A model generated the notes under the pieces. The model was not told where the DNA came from. It did not search any database and saw nothing but the letters and a program-made list of their open reading frames with translations. Both the position numbers and the translations under genes were made by a program. Of a stretch of 64,000 nt of DNA, positions 27,611-36,772 are shown in pieces. The DNA lies in assembly GCA_041662745.1 (NCBI GenBank), contig JBAZRV010000002.1, forward strand, positions 85,785-149,784. The letters are read 5' to 3'. How positions within the stretch are numbered: the stretch's first letter is position 1; every line of letters begins with the position of its first letter. This stretch comes from Patescibacteria group bacterium (GTDB taxonomy: Bacteria; Patescibacteriota; Patescibacteriia; 2-01-FULL-39-33).

Positions 27611-28422
27611 GCAAAAATTATGCCGATGACTTTGAAGTTAGAGGTTATCAAGTGATTCGCTATTCTTTGGAAGAACCCTATCTCGCCAACAAGGAAAAAA
27701 TCAGCGAGTGCGATATCGTGTTTATTGCCGTGCCTACTCCTACCACTCAAGCGGGGTTTGATGATTCCATCGTCAGAAGCGCCGTAAAGCTGGTCGGCCA
27801 AGGCAAGCTTGCGGTAATCAAATCTACGATTCTGCCCGGTACGACAGAGTCAATCCAAGCGGAAAACCCAGGCGTTTATTTGTTTCATTCGCCGGAGTTT
27901 CTGTCCGTTTCCACCGCTTATGACGATTCGCGCCATCCGCAAAGGAATATTGTCGGCCTGCCCATAGATAATGAGGAATATAAAACCAAAGCCCGAGAGG
28001 TGATGTCGGTGTTGCCCCAAGCTGATTTTTCTCTTATTACTTCCGCCAAAGAAGCGGAGTTGTTCAAATATTTACGGAATTGCTTTTTTTACACCAAAGT
28101 CGTCTATATGAATATGCTTTATGATCTGGCTAAGAAACTGGGTTGCCGGTGGGAAGTGTTAAGGGAAATCATGTCCAATGATCCCTGGATCGGCAACATG
28201 CATATTGATCCGGTGCATAAAAGCGGCCGGGGCGCCGGCGGAGAATGCTTTATTAAGGATTTGGCCGCGCTTAGGCGTTTCCACAAGCAAAATCTGAACG
28301 ATGAAACGACGGATTGGGTTTTTTCCGCCTTGGAGAAAAAGAATATTGAATTACTGCTAAAAAGCCAAAAAGATTTGGATTTGCTCAAAGGCGTTTACGG
28401 CGAAGATATATTTAAGAGATAG
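27571..28422 (+). CDS. short UDP-glucose/GDP-mannose dehydrogenase family protein (NAD-binding and catalytic-Cys region only)
   Basis: IGFIGQGWIGKNYA Rossmann motif; FIAVPTPT...VIKSTILPGTT; GAGGECFIKDL matches the catalytic GGxCFxKD motif. About 284 aa, so it lacks the usual C-terminal UDP-binding domain. The ATG at 27571 is preferred over track start 27550. Confidence 0.5.
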   Translation: MNKLIGFIGQGWIGKNYADDFEVRGYQVIRYSLEEPYLANKEKISECDIVFIAVPTPTTQAGFDDSIVRSAVKLVGQGKLAVIKSTILPGTTESIQAENPGVYLFHSPEFLSVSTAYDDSRHPQRNIVGLPIDNEEYKTKAREVMSVLPQADFSLITSAKEAELFKYLRNCFFYTKVVYMNMLYDLAKKLGCRWEVLREIMSNDPWIGNMHIDPVHKSGRGAGGECFIKDLAALRRFHKQNLNDETTDWVFSALEKKNIELLLKSQKDLDLLKGVYGEDIFKR

Positions 28423-28438
28423 TTTGCTATGTAACCTG

Positions 28439-28458
28439 TTACGTAGCATGCTACGTAA
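28439..28458. promoter_or_regulatory. perfect 20-bp palindrome TTACGTAGCATGCTACGTAA, 12 bp upstream of the first gene of the 22-gene array
   Basis: Read directly; its reverse complement is identical; overlaps the expected RBS region of the gene starting at 28470. Confidence 0.35.
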
Positions 28459-28469
28459 CAATTTATCAC

Positions 28470-29657
28470 ATGCCTGCGGAAAACAAAAAAAGAATCTTGA
28501 TTTTTTCTTTGGCTTACCATCCGTTTGTGGGCGGAGCCGAAGTGGCTATCAAAGAAATTACCGAGCGATTGGGTGAAGATTTTGAATTTGACATGATCAC
28601 GGCCAACTTGAGTGGCCATGAGCCGAAGGAGGTTGAGAATTTTAACGGCCTTAACAAAGTTTATCGCCTCGGTTCCGGGAAACTTGATAAATATCGTTTT
28701 CCTTGGCTGGCCTATCGGAAGGCCCTGGAATTGCAACGGCAGAACGATTATGACTTGATTTGGGCGATGATGGCTAATCAAGCGGGCTGGGCGGCTTGGA
28801 AATTCAAGCGCCGATTTCCGCAAATCCCTTATTTATTGACCCTGCAAGAAGGGGACAGCGAGCGGGATATTTGGCTTCGCACTTGGTTTATCCGGCCGCT
28901 TTATAAGGCGATTTACCGCCGCGCCGATCGGATTCAGGCGATCAGTAATTTTTTGGCCCGGCGCGCCAAGCGTTTGGGCGCGAAGTGTCCGATTGAGGTA
29001 GTGCCGAATGGAGTAGATCAGTTAAAAATTAATAATGAAGAATTAAGAAATAAAAGTAATAGCATAAAAAGGGTTATCTCAGTTTCAAGGTTGGTTAATA
29101 AAAATGGCTTAGAGGATTTGATTAAAGCAATTGCGATAGTCAATAAAGACAATGATAAGCCGGTAATTTTAAAAATTATCGGAGAAGGAAGATTAAGAAA
29201 CGAGTTAGAAAAACTGATTAAAAAATTAAAAATAAATGACCGGCCTGTAGTAAAGGAATTAGACAAGGAGGAAATAGTTTTGGCGGGGCAAGTTTCTAAT
29301 AAGCAGGTGTATCAATATTTATCTCAAGCCGATGTTTTTGTCCGTCCCTCATTGTCCGAAGGTTTGGGTAACGCTTTTCTGGAAGCGATGGCTGCGGGGG
29401 TGCCGGTAATCGGCACGCCGGTCGGCGGGATTCCTGATTTCTTAAAAGGCGAGGAAGCGGGAGACGGGCAGACCGGTTGGTTCTGCGAAGTGAAAAATCC
29501 TGAAAGCATTGCGAAAAAGATTAGATTGATTTTTGATCCCCAAAATCAGGAATTAGTTAAAGTAGTAACAACTCGGGCTAAAAAGTTGGTGGAAGAAGAA
29601 TACGATTGGGATGCAATCACTAGTAAGATAGATAAAATTTTTACACAATTATTATAA
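28470..29657 (+). CDS. glycosyltransferase family 4
   Basis: SEGLGNAFLEAMAAGVPVIGTPVGGIPDFL E-x7-E motif. An internal AT-rich segment lies at ~28990-29290. Confidence 0.8.
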   Translation: MPAENKKRILIFSLAYHPFVGGAEVAIKEITERLGEDFEFDMITANLSGHEPKEVENFNGLNKVYRLGSGKLDKYRFPWLAYRKALELQRQNDYDLIWAMMANQAGWAAWKFKRRFPQIPYLLTLQEGDSERDIWLRTWFIRPLYKAIYRRADRIQAISNFLARRAKRLGAKCPIEVVPNGVDQLKINNEELRNKSNSIKRVISVSRLVNKNGLEDLIKAIAIVNKDNDKPVILKIIGEGRLRNELEKLIKKLKINDRPVVKELDKEEIVLAGQVSNKQVYQYLSQADVFVRPSLSEGLGNAFLEAMAAGVPVIGTPVGGIPDFLKGEEAGDGQTGWFCEVKNPESIAKKIRLIFDPQNQELVKVVTTRAKKLVEEEYDWDAITSKIDKIFTQLL

Positions 29658-29668
29658 ACTCTAAATTT

Positions 29669-31372
29669 ATGGCCGAGACAAACAAAAACTTTTGGCAAAA
29701 AAATGAAAAAAAGATTTTGTGGCTGATTATAATTTTAGCGGTGATCTTAAGATTCTGGAATATTTCTACTTTTGATGTCATGGTTGACCACGCCCTTTAT
29801 TCCGTTCGCGCGCTGGGTTGGTTTGATTATTTGGGCGGCGGCCAAACCGCCCCTGTTCAGTGGTTCGGCACGATCCCTGCTTGGGCGCTATTATCTTTCC
29901 ATGACTGCCCACCCTTGGTTTTTTTCATCCAGAAAATATTTTTTTCTATTTTAGGTGATAATACTTTTGCCTCCAGATTACCCCATGCCTTAGCCGGAAT
30001 TTTGAGCGTACTCTTGGTTTATCTGTCGGTAAAGAAAATCAAAAGCGTCCAAGCCGCTCTGTGGTCGGCCGTTGTTATGGCTGTTTCTTCTTATGCCGTC
30101 TGGGCTTCTTATGCTGGCTATCTGGAGGGAGTGGAAGTTTTGTTTATCGTGTTAAGCTTGTATTTTTTCATTTGTTATCTGGCCGATGGCAAAAATAAGA
30201 ATCTTTATTGGTGGGCAGCAGCCGCCGGCTTGGCTTTCTTGTCTAAATACACTTCTGTTTTCTTGCTGCCCGTCGGCTTATTATGCTTACTTGGCCTTAA
30301 TTATCGCGCGCTTAAGAATAGTTGGCAGAAAATTTTTTACTCCCTGTTGATTTTTTTGGGCGTAATCTCACCGGTGATTTTTTATAATATCATGGTTTTT
30401 AAATACCGCGGTCATTTTGACGCTTCATTGTCCGCCATGGTCGGCATGCACCCGCAAGATTATTCGGCGATTGCCGTTCGGGTGGTCAACGCTAATATTA
30501 TTGGAAATTTTTCCAATTTAATAAATTGCTTTCCCCTGGGCAGTTCTTGGCCCTTGGTCGCGATTTTTATTTTGGCCCTGACTTATCTTTTATTTAAGAC
30601 CATTCGCGGTCGAAGCGGCAAGGCGGAAATTTTTATCTTAGCGAACGTCTTGGCCGCCGGATTAATGTTTTGCTTCGGCGAGCCGGCCTACCGGCAGGTT
30701 TCTATTTTTATACCGTTTTTAGTTATTGTGGCCGCCATTCTTTTTGCCGATCTTAGCGTTTACTTATCAGGCAAAAAATATCATTTAGGTGGTGTTTTTA
30801 AGTTATTGGCTTTAGCCGTACTAGTGGCGGAGTTCGGTTATTGCGTGAATACTAATATCTTGCTTAAGTCCTGGGGTAGCGCTCCCTGGTTTTCTTCTTC
30901 CCAGCGCTTAGCCAGTAATGGCTGGAATGAATTGGAAATATATTGGCGTGATAATTTATTGCCGCCGGTTATGGATCGGCAGAAAATCAGGCGGCTGGAG
31001 GAAATGCCGCTCAGTTCGCGGGATTTTTCCGGCAAGAATGTTATTTTTTATGATGATAATGTAAATTGGTTTTCTTCTATGTGGTATATCGAAAAATACC
31101 CGTTGTATTATCGCGTTCCGCTTTTGCCGCTGTCTTATTTATTGAATCAGCCCCAAGCCCTGGAGCAGTTTAGATCTTTTGGCGCTAAGGATTTTTATTA
31201 TGTTTCCATTGTTAATCCGCAAGCCACAGATCCCGTGGTCAGTAAAAATGAGTCTTTGATGAAAGCCATTGAGCAATTAAACGCCAAATTGGTTGAGGAT
31301 AAAATCGGTTTTGTGGAAATTAAAAACGCCGAGGGCGAGGCGGCCTTCAGGATTTATAAATTAAATTATTAA
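29669..31372 (+). CDS. GT-C fold membrane glycosyltransferase, family 39/83-like (ArnT/PMT-type, uses a polyprenyl-P-sugar donor)
   Basis: About 11 TM helices; N-terminal loop motifs typical of ArnT/PMT_2; large C-terminal soluble domain. Confidence 0.6.
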   Translation: MAETNKNFWQKNEKKILWLIIILAVILRFWNISTFDVMVDHALYSVRALGWFDYLGGGQTAPVQWFGTIPAWALLSFHDCPPLVFFIQKIFFSILGDNTFASRLPHALAGILSVLLVYLSVKKIKSVQAALWSAVVMAVSSYAVWASYAGYLEGVEVLFIVLSLYFFICYLADGKNKNLYWWAAAAGLAFLSKYTSVFLLPVGLLCLLGLNYRALKNSWQKIFYSLLIFLGVISPVIFYNIMVFKYRGHFDASLSAMVGMHPQDYSAIAVRVVNANIIGNFSNLINCFPLGSSWPLVAIFILALTYLLFKTIRGRSGKAEIFILANVLAAGLMFCFGEPAYRQVSIFIPFLVIVAAILFADLSVYLSGKKYHLGGVFKLLALAVLVAEFGYCVNTNILLKSWGSAPWFSSSQRLASNGWNELEIYWRDNLLPPVMDRQKIRRLEEMPLSSRDFSGKNVIFYDDNVNWFSSMWYIEKYPLYYRVPLLPLSYLLNQPQALEQFRSFGAKDFYYVSIVNPQATDPVVSKNESLMKAIEQLNAKLVEDKIGFVEIKNAEGEAAFRIYKLNY

Positions 31373-31390
31373 CGCTAATCGTTATTTGCT

Positions 31391-32113
31391 ATGAAAGATA
31401 TTTTATTATTGCCCACCTACAACGAGAGAGAGAATGTCAAAATGATTATTCCTGAAATTTTTTCCCTTATTCCCGAAATAGTAGTCATGGTTATCGATGA
31501 TAATTCACCTGACGGCACGGCGCAAGCGGTGCAAGAGTTGATGACGATTTATCCCCGGTTAAGAATTTTGAAACGAGAAAAAAAGACCGGACTGGGCAAT
31601 GCCTATAAGGAGGCGATGCGTTTGGTTATGGCTGAAGACGGTGTCCGCTCGGTTATCACTATGGATGCCGATGGTTCTCATCAGCCCAAGTATTTGGTTG
31701 ATTTTTTGGCTAATATTAATGATTATGATTTAATCATTGGTTCGCGCTATATCCGGGGTGGCGGCGTAGAGAACTGGGAATTTTGGCGCCGTTGTTTAAG
31801 CCGTTTCGGCAATATTTATTCCAAGATTCTTACCGGCCTGCCGATTAATGATTTCACCGCCGGTTTTATGTGTGTTAAGGTGGATTTTTTAAAGCAGTTA
31901 GATTTGGTTAGTGCCGGCGCCTCGGGTTATTCTTTTTTGATTGAATTGAAATTCAATTTGATCCATAACCTAAAAGCCAGAGTCAAGGAAGTGCCGATTA
32001 TATTCAAAGTGAGAAGGGAAGGAGAATCCAAGCTGTCTAACTCAATTATCGGCGAGGGAATAATGACCCCGCTAAGAATTTGTTCCAGAAGAATATGGCA
32101 GAACAAAAAATAA
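31391..32113 (+). CDS. GT2 polyprenol-phosphate glycosyltransferase (Dpm1/ArnC-like)
   Basis: LLPTYNERENV...VIDDNSPDGT...DADGSH GT-A motifs; 240 aa. Confidence 0.8.
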   Translation: MKDILLLPTYNERENVKMIIPEIFSLIPEIVVMVIDDNSPDGTAQAVQELMTIYPRLRILKREKKTGLGNAYKEAMRLVMAEDGVRSVITMDADGSHQPKYLVDFLANINDYDLIIGSRYIRGGGVENWEFWRRCLSRFGNIYSKILTGLPINDFTAGFMCVKVDFLKQLDLVSAGASGYSFLIELKFNLIHNLKARVKEVPIIFKVRREGESKLSNSIIGEGIMTPLRICSRRIWQNKK

Positions 32114-35100
32114 TTTGCCCGATTTGCCGATCGGCTGACAATAAATTTTACGGCCAGAAAAATAATTTCAATCTGCGGTTATGCCGGGATTGCGATTTGC
32201 TTTTTGTTTGGCCGGTGCCGTTTGATTTAAAAGGAATTTATTCTCAAGATTATTTTGTTAACAGTCGGAATAACAGTGATTTCGGTTATACCAATTATGA
32301 TCAGGATAAAGAATCAATGCGCGAGGTATTTGTAAAAATCATCAGTCAGTTGGAAAAGCTTATCCCAGGTAGAAGAATTTTTGATGTCGGCGCGGCCACC
32401 GGTTATTTTTTGGACTTGACTAAGCAGCGGGGCTGGCAGACCGCGGGAACGGAAATATCTGACTACGCCGCTAAGGTCGCTAATGAACGCGGACATAGGG
32501 TTTTTTGCGGTGAGTTGGATCAGCTGCCAATTGAGGGTAAATTCGATGTGGTGACGATGTGGGACGTACTGGAGCATATTGGCGATCCCCTGGCCTATCT
32601 CAAGAAGGCTAATGACCTATTGGTTGATGGCGGCTTAGTGGCCATCAATACTGTAGATCGGGGCAGCGCTTTGGCCAGGGTTCTTGGGTTGAATTGGCAT
32701 TTGATTGTCCCGCCGGAGCATTTGAATTTTTATTCCCGCGAAAATTTAGAGATCGTTTTGCGACAAGCCGGGTTTGAAATCATTAGTATTTCCACTATCG
32801 GAAAGAAATTTTCTCTGGCGTATATTTTTAAGACGTTGTATTTCTGGCAGGGCTGGGGCTTATGGCGCAGTTTGTCAGTGTTTTTTGACAAACCGTTTTG
32901 GCGCCGCTGGTCTTTGCCGGTAAACTTGCGTGACAATATTTATATTTTGGCGAGAAAGAGAAGCAGTTCGATTGTCCGATTGCCAGGGGAAAACGCCGGT
33001 AAGCGAAAAAATTTATTAATTTGTGCCGGCATTTATCCGCCGGATATCGGTGGCCCGGCAACTTATGTGAAGGGTTTAGAAAGGGGATTAGCCGAAGAAT
33101 TTAATGTCAAAATCGTGACTTACGGCGACCAAGAAGGCCAAGAACCCTCTCACGTTTATAAGATATCTCGCCAACAGCAAGTTGTTTTTAGATATTTAAA
33201 ATATTTTTGGCAGGTGGTTAAGTTATTGCCGCAAGCGGATGTTGTTTATATTCAGGGGCCGGTTTCCGAAGGCTTGCCGGCTGCTGTGGCTTGCGGTTTA
33301 AGGCGCAAGGCATACCTATTAAAAATCGTCGGTGATTTTGCTTGGGAGCAGGGCAGCCAGCGTTATGGCGTCAAGGAGAATCTTGATAATTTTCAGCACA
33401 ATAAATACGGTTTCAAGATTGAATTATGGCGGCGGATTGAAAAATGGGTGGCGCAGAAAGCCAAGTTGGTTGTCGTTCCCAGTAATTATTTGAAAAAAGT
33501 CGTTACCGGTTGGGGCATTAAAGCTGACAAAATAAATGTCATCTATAATGCGATTGAAAGAATTGATATTATTGAAAACCGAGAGCAGCTAAGAAATAAG
33601 TATGGCCTGGATGGTTTTGTTATGTTATCGGTCGGTCGCCTAGTCCCCTGGAAGGGCTTGGCCGCCCTGATTGAAGTAGTCAAAGAATTGTCTGCAGAAA
33701 TTAATGATTTAAAATTAGTGATTATCGGTGACGGCCCGGAGCGTCAGAATTTGGAGAATTCAGTTAAGGCCAAAGGGTTGGAGAAAAACATTATTTTTAC
33801 CGGGCAATTAAGCAGGTCTGAGGTGGCTGCTTACTTGAAGGCCGCAGATTTGTTTATTTTAAACACTTCCTATGAGGGGTTAAGCCATGTTTTAATTGAG
33901 GCTATTAAGGCCGATTTGCCGATAGTTACGACCGCTGTTGGCGGTAATCCTGAATTAATGGAGCAATATGGCCACGGCTTTATGGTGGCCTATAATAATA
34001 AGCCGGAGTTGATTCAAGCAATCAAACAAGCTAGAAAAATTAATCGTCCGATTGAGACGACTGGAGATTTTTTATTGCAGTTCGATTATGATTTTATGGT
34101 TAGTCAGACCGGTCGGTTATTGCGGGCTGAAGCGGTTAGAACCGATATTGCCATTACCGATCAAAGACGAGAGAAAATTTTAAACGACTGTGATCGGCAA
34201 ACTATTGTTTTAGTTCAGATTAATTTTAGCCAAGACCATTCGGAAACAGTTTTGCCCCTAGGCATCTTATCGGTCGGCAGCCATTTGAAACGTTGCGGCT
34301 ATAAAGTTGAACTGGTAAATATTACGGAAAAACAAATTACTGAGATAGCCGCGATTATCGCCGAGAAAAATCCGCTCTGTGTCGGCTTATCAGTTATGAC
34401 CGGCGTGCAGACGCGCCAGAGCGCTGAATTATCCAAAAAAATAAAAACTTTAAATAAGGCCATACCAATTATTTGGGGCGGTATTCATCCGTCGCTTTTG
34501 CCAGAGCAGTGTCTGGGTGAGGATTACATTGATTTCGTAGTTATTTCTGAGGGAGAGATAACTACGACGGAATTAGTAGAAAAAATAATCAGAGGAGGGG
34601 ATTTTCATGATGTTTTAGGCATCGGCTATAAGCAAGCCGGAAAAATTACCATCAATCCCAACCGCCCGTTTATTGCCAACCTTGATGATTTCCGCCTTGA
34701 TTGGTCTTTATTGGATTTGGAGCTTTATATTTCTCCGTTGAAAAATTTTAAGCGAGTTATTGCTTACAAGGCCTCGCGCGGTTGCCCGTTTAATTGCTCT
34801 TTTTGCTATAATAATGCCTTTAATCAGAATAAGTGGCGTGTTTGGTCGGTGGAGGCGGTAGCGGAGGACATTAATTGGCTGAAAGAGCATTATCAGATTG
34901 ATGCCGTTAAATTTTACGATGATAATTTTTTTGTTGATAAGAATCGCGCTTGGCAGATCTTAGAAAAAATAAATTTACCGACGCATTTGGAGGTGCGAAT
35001 TGATACGATTGACGACGACTTGGCTCAAAAACTCAAAGAGTTTAGGGTTTTTGACATGTTAATCGGCGTCGAGTCGGGCAGCGATCGCATTTTAAGTCTA

Positions 35101-35631
35101 ATCGATAAAAGATTTACCGTTGATCGTATTTTGGCCGGAGTAAAGCTTTTAGCCAAGTATAATTTACCGGCTACTTATTCGGCGATTGTCGGTTTGCCGA
35201 CGGAAACCAAGGAAGAGTTTGACCGAACAGTTGACTTGTTTAATCAAATTAAAAAAATTCAGCCGTCCGCGGTTTTTTCCTTAGGCGCTTATTTGCCTTA
35301 TCCGGGATCAAAAATGTATGATTTTGCCATTAAGCAGGGTTTTAAGCCGCCAACTAAAACAGAAGATTGGGGCAAGATTGATCGTTTTAGGAAAGATTTT
35401 AGTTCGCCTTGGGTGAACGCGCAAAAAGTTTGGCGGATTAGGGAATACTTTAAACTCCTGAATTGGCGGCTTGGTCCAATTATCAAGTGGTTTAAATGGC
35501 GCATTGAGCATCGATTTTTTGCTTGGCCGATAGATATTTATTTAGTGGAATACTTTGGCGGTATAGCTATTGAACAGAGGGGGTTTTTAGGCAAGACACT
35601 AAGAAAAATTTATAATTTATTAAGAAGATAA
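32095..35631 (+). CDS. tri-domain fusion: Zn-ribbon plus class I SAM methyltransferase / GT4 glycosyltransferase / B12-binding radical SAM
   Basis: aa ~1-300: CPICRS...CRDCD zinc ribbon and IFDVGAATGYFLD MT motif I. aa ~310-690: GT4 with SYEGLSHVLIEAIKADLPIVTTAVGGNPEL. aa ~700-1183: B12-binding Rossmann region then ASRGCPFNCSFCYN CxxxCxxC. One uninterrupted 1183-aa frame. ATG at 32095; the track begins at TTG 32080. Confidence 0.7.
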   Translation: MAEQKIICPICRSADNKFYGQKNNFNLRLCRDCDLLFVWPVPFDLKGIYSQDYFVNSRNNSDFGYTNYDQDKESMREVFVKIISQLEKLIPGRRIFDVGAATGYFLDLTKQRGWQTAGTEISDYAAKVANERGHRVFCGELDQLPIEGKFDVVTMWDVLEHIGDPLAYLKKANDLLVDGGLVAINTVDRGSALARVLGLNWHLIVPPEHLNFYSRENLEIVLRQAGFEIISISTIGKKFSLAYIFKTLYFWQGWGLWRSLSVFFDKPFWRRWSLPVNLRDNIYILARKRSSSIVRLPGENAGKRKNLLICAGIYPPDIGGPATYVKGLERGLAEEFNVKIVTYGDQEGQEPSHVYKISRQQQVVFRYLKYFWQVVKLLPQADVVYIQGPVSEGLPAAVACGLRRKAYLLKIVGDFAWEQGSQRYGVKENLDNFQHNKYGFKIELWRRIEKWVAQKAKLVVVPSNYLKKVVTGWGIKADKINVIYNAIERIDIIENREQLRNKYGLDGFVMLSVGRLVPWKGLAALIEVVKELSAEINDLKLVIIGDGPERQNLENSVKAKGLEKNIIFTGQLSRSEVAAYLKAADLFILNTSYEGLSHVLIEAIKADLPIVTTAVGGNPELMEQYGHGFMVAYNNKPELIQAIKQARKINRPIETTGDFLLQFDYDFMVSQTGRLLRAEAVRTDIAITDQRREKILNDCDRQTIVLVQINFSQDHSETVLPLGILSVGSHLKRCGYKVELVNITEKQITEIAAIIAEKNPLCVGLSVMTGVQTRQSAELSKKIKTLNKAIPIIWGGIHPSLLPEQCLGEDYIDFVVISEGEITTTELVEKIIRGGDFHDVLGIGYKQAGKITINPNRPFIANLDDFRLDWSLLDLELYISPLKNFKRVIAYKASRGCPFNCSFCYNNAFNQNKWRVWSVEAVAEDINWLKEHYQIDAVKFYDDNFFVDKNRAWQILEKINLPTHLEVRIDTIDDDLAQKLKEFRVFDMLIGVESGSDRILSLIDKRFTVDRILAGVKLLAKYNLPATYSAIVGLPTETKEEFDRTVDLFNQIKKIQPSAVFSLGAYLPYPGSKMYDFAIKQGFKPPTKTEDWGKIDRFRKDFSSPWVNAQKVWRIREYFKLLNWRLGPIIKWFKWRIEHRFFAWPIDIYLVEYFGGIAIEQRGFLGKTLRKIYNLLRR

Positions 35632-35637
35632 CTGTTT

Positions 35638-36768
35638 ATGAGGATTTTAGTTTTCGGATCAGATCCGGCAATTTTAAATAGTTCCTCCAGCGTCGCTCAA
35701 AGAGCTATTGATGCCAGTATTGGTATTGATAAATATTCAGTAATCGTTCCTAATTATTCCGATGTAATAAAGCAGCATCAAGAAAATCTCTGGATTTACG
35801 GAGTCAACGCTAAAAATAAAATAGTTGCTTCATATAAGATTTATCGCCTGGCCAATCAGCTTTTAAAAAAAGAAAAATTTGATTTAATTACCACCCCCGA
35901 TGCTTATTATCTGGCTTTGGCCGGTTGGCTGTTGACCAGAAAAAATAAAATAAAATTAGAAGTTCAAATCCATGGCTTTGAAAAATTTTTTGGTCTGCGG
36001 AAACTCATTGCTAAATTTGTTTTACCCCGGGCTGATGCCGTCAGGGTTGTCAGTGAGCGGCTCAGAAGAATGATGGTTAGGGAGTTTGGGGTTGTTAATG
36101 ATAAAATTACGGTCGTGCCGGTTTTTTCTCCGCCTTACATAAATAATGATAATAGTAATCAGCCAGCGGCAGAACGCCAAGCGGGCAAGTTTGTTTTTTT
36201 AACTGTTTCTCGGTTGGTCTCTATTAAGAATATTCCTCTGCAAATTGAGGCCATGGCTGAAATGGTAAAAGATTTTCCGCAGGCGGAATTATGGCTGACC
36301 GGAGACGGTCCGGAGAAAGACCATTTGACTGAGCAGATAAACCAACTGAATTTAACCCATAAGGTTAAGCTTTTAGGCCATAAGAATAGGGAAGAGCTCG
36401 ATGTTTTGTATCGTCAAGCCGATGTTTTTTTATTGACTTCATTGGCTGAAGGCTGGCCGATTGTGATTATGGAGGCGGCGCGTTATGGTTTGCCGATTAT
36501 TATGACTGATGTTGGTTCGGCTGGAGAATTAATCATTAATCAGAAAAGCGGTTTAGTGATCCCCATTAATGATAAGCAGAAATTGATTTCTCAGATGAAG
36601 CTACTGATAGTCAATCAGGAGTTAAGGGAGTTGATCGGCCGGGGAGCCTTAAAGGCGGTAAACAGCATGCCCAATAAGGAGGAGATTATAAGGCTGTATC
36701 AGCTGGGCTGGCAGCGGGCGGTGGCTGATAAAATAGCCGTCGCTGGATCAGTAGAGAAGCAAAATTAA
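35638..36768 (+). CDS. glycosyltransferase family 4
   Basis: SLAEGWPIVIMEAARYGLPIIMTDVGSAGELI. Confidence 0.75.
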   Translation: MRILVFGSDPAILNSSSSVAQRAIDASIGIDKYSVIVPNYSDVIKQHQENLWIYGVNAKNKIVASYKIYRLANQLLKKEKFDLITTPDAYYLALAGWLLTRKNKIKLEVQIHGFEKFFGLRKLIAKFVLPRADAVRVVSERLRRMMVREFGVVNDKITVVPVFSPPYINNDNSNQPAAERQAGKFVFLTVSRLVSIKNIPLQIEAMAEMVKDFPQAELWLTGDGPEKDHLTEQINQLNLTHKVKLLGHKNREELDVLYRQADVFLLTSLAEGWPIVIMEAARYGLPIIMTDVGSAGELIINQKSGLVIPINDKQKLISQMKLLIVNQELRELIGRGALKAVNSMPNKEEIIRLYQLGWQRAVADKIAVAGSVEKQN

Positions 36769-36772
36769 ATTT

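Noticed and set aside
32080-35631. Possibility that the tri-domain ORF is a sequencing or frameshift artefact
   Set aside because: Not rejected outright. The frame is continuous with no stops or frame changes at either junction, so it is reported as a real fusion pending read-level verification.
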